DNA from: Patescibacteria group bacterium | GTDB taxonomy: Bacteria; Patescibacteriota; Saccharimonadia; Saccharimonadales; 2-12-FULL-41-12 | Direction of reading: 5' to 3' | Assembly: GCA_038064875.1 (NCBI GenBank) | Contig: JBBTSC010000001.1 | Span: 123,004 to 187,003 of the forward strand | Length of the DNA stretch: 64,000 nt | Part shown: piece by piece, positions 58,299 to 64,000 of the stretch | Position numbering within the stretch: the first letter of the stretch is position 1 | Layout of the letters: each line of letters opens with the position of its first letter | Notes under the pieces: model-generated | Seen by the model: the letters and a program-made list of their open reading frames with translations, nothing else | Database searches by the model: none | What the model was told of the DNA's origin: nothing | Program-made: the position numbers and the translations under genes

Positions 58299-58667
58299 TC
58301 AATAGTGCTGGATAACTAACTCACCTATGAGGAGTGGGGTATTCTTGATTACTGGGCCTAACTGTATGAAGTCTCTGTGTACTCCACCTCTTTTTATATA
58401 GAACACTGGCTCCACATTCTCTGGCTTAACCACACCTCTTCCGTGTCGATAATATATATTCTCGGGATCAACTTCTCCTATTTGGCCTCCATCATCATCT
58501 TCATTACAGCTAGCTACCACAATCTTATCCTCGCTATTGCTTGGGATTATTGCGAATACACCTGGGTCTATGTCGGGCAATAAAATGGGTAACTGATTAA
58601 AATTAATCTTTACTTCTAGAGGCATAATTAGTTCGTAAATTATATTGTCATACGGGCTTTTTGTCAA
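58299..58667 (-). CDS. hypothetical protein (122 aa)
   Basis: TTG start at 58667. Alternative ATG 58625 lies 13 nt after TATAAT. Confidence 0.45.
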   Translation of the reverse strand: MTKSPYDNIIYELIMPLEVKINFNQLPILLPDIDPGVFAIIPSNSEDKIVVASCNEDDDGGQIGEVDPENIYYRHGRGVVKPENVEPVFYIKRGGVHRDFIQLGPVIKNTPLLIGELVIQHY

Positions 58668-58740
58668 TGGATACTCTAGATTAATAAAAGATATAAATAC
58701 TAGGACATTTAGAGATAATGTTGTATAATATATTTAAGTT

Positions 58741-59124
58741 ATGGAATTTCCAAATGATAAATTTAAACCAAGAAAAGATAATTATTCACGTGCTCGTGGG
58801 GGTCCTACAAAATTTCTGTACGTTTCGTGTAGCAGTTGCCACGAACCAGCGATGATCTATCAAAAAGATGGTCCGGGCACGCTGAGGCGATATTATAGTG
58901 ATCGTATTGTATGGCCACCAAAACTTGTACAAGAACAATCAAAAGTTACTGCAGAGACTGTAAAGCAGGCAGGTTCTCTGGCTTGTTCAACTGCTGACTG
59001 TGACAATGTTTTTGCTCACCCAATGGTGTACGAACCAGAAAACAGGCCAGCATACAGAGCTATTGCAGGATCTGTACACGTAGACAAGAACGCGGCGCAA
59101 GCGCAAAACAGACAAAATAATTAA
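58741..59124 (+). CDS. hypothetical protein with possible Cys4 zinc ribbon
   Basis: CSSCHE ... CSTADCDN. Confidence 0.5.
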   Translation: MEFPNDKFKPRKDNYSRARGGPTKFLYVSCSSCHEPAMIYQKDGPGTLRRYYSDRIVWPPKLVQEQSKVTAETVKQAGSLACSTADCDNVFAHPMVYEPENRPAYRAIAGSVHVDKNAAQAQNRQNN

Positions 59125-59132
59125 CTTAGTTT

Positions 59133-59771
59133 TTAAGTAACGGCTTGAACAATCTCAAGGATTTCTTTCGCAGTTTGCGCAGATTTTCCATTATGGTTGA
59201 CCATATGTACATCAATGTCTGGATGAACAAACCCGGCAGTTGCAAGTGAGCCTAATTCTTCAGTTCCAGATTCTAGCCTACCTCCAGCATTCCTCCCGCA
59301 TTCAATAACACGGTTCGTCCAGCTTCTAGTGGATTCAGGGTAAATGTAAAAGTTCAGCAGATCATATTCAGGTCTCCTGAGAGCACCAACAGTAGCAAGC
59401 GGATAATCCAGTATTGGCACTCTACCTTGGCCAAGAGGTCCCAGAATACCTTGCAAAGGAGTTCCGTACCTCACACCGTACAGATCGTTTGTTGTAACGA
59501 ATTGTCTTTGTCTCTTCATAACTTCAAATTCGGTTTTAGAAATTGATAATTTGTCAGTTTCTTTGGGTCGGTTTGGCCTTGTCATCATTGGCTTAACATA
59601 TTCAAAAGCAGGATTTGAAACCCTCTCAATCAAATGACGTATTATCGTAGATTTACCAGTAGCCGATGGTCCCAGTAATAAAACGAAAAGTCTGTCTAGA
59701 TTGAGCTCACGTTGCCCTAAATCTTCAATTTCTTGGTTTCTTTTTTCTTTAGAGAAAGCAAATTCAGTCAC
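59133..59771 (-). CDS. guanylate-kinase-family P-loop kinase
   Basis: LLLGPSATGKSTI, MMTRPNRPKETD (TTRxPRxGE-like), YGVRYGT. Confidence 0.65.
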   Translation of the reverse strand: MTEFAFSKEKRNQEIEDLGQRELNLDRLFVLLLGPSATGKSTIIRHLIERVSNPAFEYVKPMMTRPNRPKETDKLSISKTEFEVMKRQRQFVTTNDLYGVRYGTPLQGILGPLGQGRVPILDYPLATVGALRRPEYDLLNFYIYPESTRSWTNRVIECGRNAGGRLESGTEELGSLATAGFVHPDIDVHMVNHNGKSAQTAKEILEIVQAVT

Positions 59772-59774
59772 ACG

Positions 59775-60629
59775 CTAACCAATCTTTGCCTGGTTAATTG
59801 CATCTCTAAGTTCAATAACTGAACGTCGTGAGGCATCTTGTGAAGTCTCTCCAGCTCTTACTTCTGGATAGATAATTGACCTTGACGCACTTATCATTAT
59901 TCCATAACCTTCTGAGTCTAAGCATAGAGGGACGCTTTTCTCCAGACTGCCACCTTGCGTTCCGACGCCAGCAAGTAGGATTGGTGTCTCTCCTGCAATC
60001 TCTCTTATACCTTCAAGGTTCTCAGGATGTGTTGCGCTCAGTATCGGTATGATGTTGCCGTTATCATTCCATTCTCCCATGCTTTTTTGTAGTACATGTT
60101 GCCATAGCTTCTGGCCAGTTTCTAGCTGAAGGTCTTGTATTTCTGAAGCTGAAGGATTTGATGTATTAACACATAATATAACTAATTTATCAGACCATTT
60201 TGTAAAAGCCCCAATGCCGTCAAATCCCAAGTAAGGGTTTAGTACTACGGCATCAGCATCTAGTTTGCCAAAGATCTCCTCAGCTATCTCTTCTGCAGTG
60301 TGCTGGACGTCGCCAAACTTACCGTCACACACCCTTAGAACACTAGGATGTTCCAATTTTAGGTAGTCAAAAGTATTTTGTAGTGCCTTTCTGCCTAGTT
60401 CACCTTGGAAATAGTTTGAATTAACTTTAAAGTCTACTGCAAAATCAGCAGTCGCATCGATAACACCCTGATTGAATAGCGTAATTCCTTCGCTAATATA
60501 ATCTGTGCCTCCCACTTGCTCCCAGATTTCGGCTGGAATTCTTTGGATATTTGGGTCTATGCCTACACCGGCCATTGAGTCTGTCTCTAGCCAACGACCT
60601 CTAATCTTTTCTATACCTGGACTACTCAT
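59775..60629 (-). CDS. orotidine-5'-phosphate decarboxylase family, type 2
   Basis: GVGIDPN, DFKVNSNYF, CDGKFGDVQHT (DxKxxD), VNTSNP, LAGVGTQGG. Confidence 0.7.
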   Translation of the reverse strand: MSSPGIEKIRGRWLETDSMAGVGIDPNIQRIPAEIWEQVGGTDYISEGITLFNQGVIDATADFAVDFKVNSNYFQGELGRKALQNTFDYLKLEHPSVLRVCDGKFGDVQHTAEEIAEEIFGKLDADAVVLNPYLGFDGIGAFTKWSDKLVILCVNTSNPSASEIQDLQLETGQKLWQHVLQKSMGEWNDNGNIIPILSATHPENLEGIREIAGETPILLAGVGTQGGSLEKSVPLCLDSEGYGIMISASRSIIYPEVRAGETSQDASRRSVIELRDAINQAKIG

Positions 60630-61843
60630 GACTTTTTGCCTTTTCTCCCAAAATATATTTTTGAGTGACGGTGTTTTGCCTTTACGTGACGGTGGGATCC
60701 GTTGGCCCCACTTGTATTTGTTGCTTTACGTTCTACTTTGATTCCGCCTTGTGCGAGACCATCAATTTTAAGTCGATTGTCCGTCTGCAGAACTACAGAT
60801 TCTATTCCCATAATCTCTAGGACTTTACCTGCTCCTTTGTACGTTCTTATATCAAAATCCTCGCCTAACACCATCTTTGCGGCCGTTATTGTGTCAACAG
60901 GCTCTATTTTTCCTCTATTAGTAACTAATTCTATGCCACGTTTCAGTCCTTCTGTTTCCATCTTGGTTGCTGCGCCAAAACCTCGTCCGTCCTGCGAAGG
61001 AATGTGTATAATAAGTCCGTTTTCTACATTTTGGATGTCTTCCAGAGCTGTGTGGAGTTGTTCACGGCAGTCACAACCATGATCATCGTAGATTTGTCCT
61101 ATGTCACATCCTGAATCTATCCTGACTAACATGTTCTTAGCTGACATTTTCTCTAGCCTACGTGGCGTTAGTATCTCATAGTATTTCCATGGGTCATCGT
61201 CTAGAACTAACCCATATGAGTGAACTTTTCCGCCCTCATAAGCATATTTGCGCAGGTGTGTTATCTCTAAAGTGCCACTTTTTATTGTATCTTGGTCATG
61301 TTCAGATGGTTTACTCAATTGTACGCTTATTTCAGGTTCACGTAGACCAGTTGCTAGAACTAGCCTCTCCAAATGTTCTGCAGTTGTTGATTTATCAGGA
61401 GACGGCAAAACAGGTCGTGGGTAGTAAGCCATACCAGTATTGCATGGTCTGATCAGTATATGCTTGCGTTTGTCTCCAAATTGGCTCATTAGTTGCTCAT
61501 ATCCAGGATGTTCAGTCGGGGTTAGTTTATAGCTAGCTTCGTCAACTTCTAAGAGAGATACCGGTATTGTCTGATCATTTAGTGCCTCTTGCGGATTGGT
61601 GTTCACGTAGAGGATCTGGAAATATGAGTAGCTAGTACCATCATCAACTTCTACAGGGCTCATCCAGACATTTTTCTTTTTATCAAGATCTAGAGGGCAG
61701 CCATAAAAGTGAGTTACGCCATTTTCTTGAAACAGCACTAATTGTTTTAGTGATTCGTGGTATGTGTCTGTGATACCAGGGGCATCATGCATCGGGGATT
61801 TTTCAAATTCTGCAATACCAGGGATTAATACCTCGTTATTCAT
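60626..61843 (-). CDS. GTP cyclohydrolase II-family domain (C-terminal ~180 aa) with ~225-aa unassigned N-terminal extension
   Basis: VRIDSGCDIGQIYDDHGCDCREQL (Zn Cys triad), IPSQDGRGFG, His/Lys-rich tail. 4-nt overlap with the next gene. Confidence 0.7.
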   Translation of the reverse strand: MNNEVLIPGIAEFEKSPMHDAPGITDTYHESLKQLVLFQENGVTHFYGCPLDLDKKKNVWMSPVEVDDGTSYSYFQILYVNTNPQEALNDQTIPVSLLEVDEASYKLTPTEHPGYEQLMSQFGDKRKHILIRPCNTGMAYYPRPVLPSPDKSTTAEHLERLVLATGLREPEISVQLSKPSEHDQDTIKSGTLEITHLRKYAYEGGKVHSYGLVLDDDPWKYYEILTPRRLEKMSAKNMLVRIDSGCDIGQIYDDHGCDCREQLHTALEDIQNVENGLIIHIPSQDGRGFGAATKMETEGLKRGIELVTNRGKIEPVDTITAAKMVLGEDFDIRTYKGAGKVLEIMGIESVVLQTDNRLKIDGLAQGGIKVERKATNTSGANGSHRHVKAKHRHSKIYFGRKGKKS

Positions 61844-61951
61844 ATATTATCTATATCACATTAGTACATCAATTGCAAATCCTCTATCTGTAAACTTAGT
61901 AAGTTTGTACATTAGATACATATGGATACATTTGTCTTGTATAATGTGATT

Positions 61952-62344
61952 ATGAACGAAGACATAGTAGCTTTTAACAAAAATCAGGGTGAAGTGAACA
62001 AAGATATTTGTGATTTGTTGGCCCAAGAGATACAGAAAAGTCTAGCAGGCAAAACAACCAGTAAGATATGGCACGGAGCGCCTGTGTGGTTTGACGACGG
62101 CAACCCGATTGCTGGCTATGATGTGCTAAAAAACTGTGTTCGATTGCTCTTTTGGAGTGGGCAGTCATTTGACGAGCCGAGTTTAAAAGCAGAAGGATCT
62201 TTCAAGGCAGCCGAAGCTCGCTATACTAGCCCAGACCAGATAAATGCTGACGATCTCCGTCGCTGGCTGGAAAAATCCCTTGCGATTCAGTGGGACTACA
62301 AGAACATTGTCAAAAATCGTGGTCAACTCAGCCGTATAAAATAG
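61952..62344 (+). CDS. DUF1801 (YdhG-like) domain protein
   Basis: KIWHGAPVWFDDGNPIAGY...VRLLFWSGQSF pattern. TATAAT lies 6 nt before ATG 61952. Confidence 0.6.
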   Translation: MNEDIVAFNKNQGEVNKDICDLLAQEIQKSLAGKTTSKIWHGAPVWFDDGNPIAGYDVLKNCVRLLFWSGQSFDEPSLKAEGSFKAAEARYTSPDQINADDLRRWLEKSLAIQWDYKNIVKNRGQLSRIK

Positions 62345-62357
62345 TATCTAAGAAGAG

Positions 62358-63041
62358 TTAGTCTTTAACTAGTTTACTGACAACCAGAATTCTCTTTTCA
62401 AATTGATTTTTCTTGGAGTCATAGTCCCCGCCACAAGTTATTAGGTTGAGCTGGCTCTCGACTGAAGAGATTTGCCGGTACATTTTTTGAGTCGTTTCTT
62501 CGACTGAAAGTTTTTGTATGTCGACTATCTCAAATGTTTTTGTTGTTTTGTCTCCAAACTCTATGTTGAACCTATCCCCTTTATTTAACTCTTCTAATTT
62601 TTTGAATATTCCGGGATTGTATTTACCACTGGCATGACCGTCAATTATACTAACGCCTCCGCTACCAGGTAGTGGTGAATTAGTATACCAACCAGTCAAG
62701 TGGATGTTGTTTGGCACGGCTATTGCGCCGTGTTGGTCTATACCTACTTGCATGATACATCCGTCGATATTGATATCTGGCAATATAATCTTTCTTGGTT
62801 TGTCAGAAGAAACTTTATAGTTATCGCAGTCAGGCTTTGTCTCATCAGGGTCGTTAGCAGAATTTGTGATGGCTTGTTGATTTATTGTCGGTGATTTTTT
62901 GTGAGTTGCCTGGTATCTCTCCCATAATACTAATCCGCCATAAAATATTAGACTCAGAGCAATCACCAATAGTAACTTCTCTAGATTGCTTGGTTTGAAG
63001 TGACTTGGCTTTAGCTTTCCGATAACTTCTATATATTTCAT
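62358..63041 (-). CDS. sortase-family transpeptidase (class F-like)
   Basis: N-terminal TM, LTGWY, IIDGHASG (His), LNLITCGG (Cys). Confidence 0.75.
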   Translation of the reverse strand: MKYIEVIGKLKPSHFKPSNLEKLLLVIALSLIFYGGLVLWERYQATHKKSPTINQQAITNSANDPDETKPDCDNYKVSSDKPRKIILPDINIDGCIMQVGIDQHGAIAVPNNIHLTGWYTNSPLPGSGGVSIIDGHASGKYNPGIFKKLEELNKGDRFNIEFGDKTTKTFEIVDIQKLSVEETTQKMYRQISSVESQLNLITCGGDYDSKKNQFEKRILVVSKLVKD

Positions 63042-63054
63042 GGCCTACGATATT

Positions 63055-63513
63055 CTAGAACTCTGCGATGATGAGTTTTTTCATCTTCATCATTTTTGCA
63101 AAAGCGCCAGGTCGTTTGAGTAGTTCGTAGGTGTTATCAGGCACGACTTGCCAGCTCAGACCAAATTGGTCTTTACACCAACCGCATTGCTCGGCTTCAG
63201 GTACAGTAGATAGCTTTTCCCAGTAGTAGTCTATTTCTTCTTGATCTTTGCAGGCTATAGAGAAAGATACTGCCTCACTAAATTTGAACTCTGAGCCAGC
63301 GTTTATAGCGACAAATTCCATACCGTTTAGACTGAATTCTATAGTCAGCACATCGCCAGCTAGGTCTTTCTGAAAGTCTGCTAGCCCTTCCTCGGCAGTT
63401 TTTGGGTAATATTCGGTACTGATTATCTTGCTGTCCGGAAATACCGACACGTAGTAGTCTACTGCTTCTTTTGCGTTACCGTCGAACCATAAATTTGGTG
63501 TGATTTTTTGCAT
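63055..63513 (-). CDS. VOC/PhnB-like (3-demethylubiquinone-9 3-methyltransferase domain) protein
   Basis: MQKITPNLWFDGNAKEAVDYYVSVFP...CGWCKDQFGLSWQV. Confidence 0.75.
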   Translation of the reverse strand: MQKITPNLWFDGNAKEAVDYYVSVFPDSKIISTEYYPKTAEEGLADFQKDLAGDVLTIEFSLNGMEFVAINAGSEFKFSEAVSFSIACKDQEEIDYYWEKLSTVPEAEQCGWCKDQFGLSWQVVPDNTYELLKRPGAFAKMMKMKKLIIAEF

Positions 63514-63547
63514 ATTCTAATTCTAACATAACCAGTAATTAAAAGTT

Positions 63548-63576
63548 TTGCTGCAACTTTCGTATTTGTGTATAAT
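63548..63576 (+). promoter_or_regulatory. promoter TTGCTG-17-TATAAT with overlapping inverted repeat AAAGTT-N7-AACTTT (63542-63560)
   Basis: Hexamers at 63548-53 and 63571-76. GGAAGG SD at 63586-90. Confidence 0.5.
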
Positions 63577-63595
63577 GCCTTTGTGGAAGGTATCT

Positions 63596-64000
63596 ATGAG
63601 TACTAAAAAACAAAAACAAGTCCTACAGCACATAAAAGACCACAAGCAAAAAGAAGGGATCAAGCCTACCCTGAAGCAAATAGCTCAGTATATGGATCTC
63701 AGCTCTGTGTCGAACGTCTACGTCCATATAAATGCCCTGATAGATCAAGGCAAGCTACTAAAATCTGATGATCATTCCTCATATGACATACCAGAAAACA
63801 ACGATGATATGAATAAGGTAGTGCGTGAGGCCGGACGACTGCTCCGCCCCGGTGGTGTTGGCGCAAAGAACATGCGCACACTAGATCTTTTTGCTGGTAT
63901 TGGCGGGATACGACTGGGCTTTGAGCGTGCTGGGTTCAAAACAGTCTTTGCCAACGACTTTGAAAAAGCCTGTCAGAGGACATATGACGCTAACTTTACA
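63596..64000 (+). CDS. LexA-like winged-helix domain fused to DNA (cytosine-5)-methyltransferase; 3' end beyond window
   Basis: My own translation, not in the ORF track: MSTKKQKQVLQHIKDHKQKEGIKPTLKQIAQYMDLSSVSNVYVHINALIDQGKLL... then RTLDLFAGIGGIRLGFERAGF (C5-MTase motif I). Confidence 0.75.
   Translation, partial: MSTKKQKQVLQHIKDHKQKEGIKPTLKQIAQYMDLSSVSNVYVHINALIDQGKLLKSDDHSSYDIPENNDDMNKVVREAGRLLRPGGVGAKNMRTLDLFAGIGGIRLGFERAGFKTVFANDFEKACQRTYDANFT

Noticed and set aside
60626-61843. Simple annotation as housekeeping RibA for riboflavin synthesis
   Set aside because: The 225-aa N-terminal extension, the operon partners (OMPdecase-like, Gmk-like) and the absence of ribBDEH nearby argue against transferring the RibA function directly. 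The gene symbol is left empty.
63699-63954. Two 60-aa minus-strand ORFs
   Set aside because: They are antisense to the clearly coding wHTH-C5-methyltransferase reading frame that runs off the window.

Overview
Gene-dense 64-kb chromosomal window with about 74 protein genes and one tRNA-Asn. I saw no rRNA, CRISPR array, transposase or integrase. The content is two sortases plus an LPXTG-like substrate, a complete F1Fo ATPase operon, a lone cyoABCDE quinol oxidase, membrane-anchored nucleases, two AcrB-like RND pumps, many lineage-specific acidic proteins, and almost no biosynthesis. This points to a reduced monoderm genome, plausibly CPR/Patescibacteria (Saccharibacteria-like); that assignment is inference only. 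Items most worth a second look: (1) a tightly coupled operon of an N-terminally extended GTP-cyclohydrolase-II-like protein, a type-2 OMP-decarboxylase-like protein and a guanylate-kinase-like protein, with no riboflavin or pyrimidine pathway context (59133-61843). (2) A DUF2384/MbcA-like antitoxin gene followed by a 477-aa non-RES partner (34084-35835). (3) A 0.74-kb ORF-free, GC-elevated, hairpin-rich spacer (19470-20207). (4) Two unrelated 164-bp rod-like palindromes bracketing smpB-tsaC. (5) A promoter-plus-terminator-delimited candidate sRNA (20712-20955). (6) A ParB/Srx-fold protein with a sigma-r4-like HTH and two small partners. (7) A HEPN-like (Rx4H) + CBS-pair protein. (8) Two proteins with tandem LuxR/GerE HTH domains. 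(9) A recurrent -10 box 6-9 nt upstream of the ATG at about 16 genes, implying leaderless mRNAs. (10) A LexA-like wHTH fused to a C5 DNA methyltransferase at the window edge. All domain calls come from motif recognition by eye; no searches were run.
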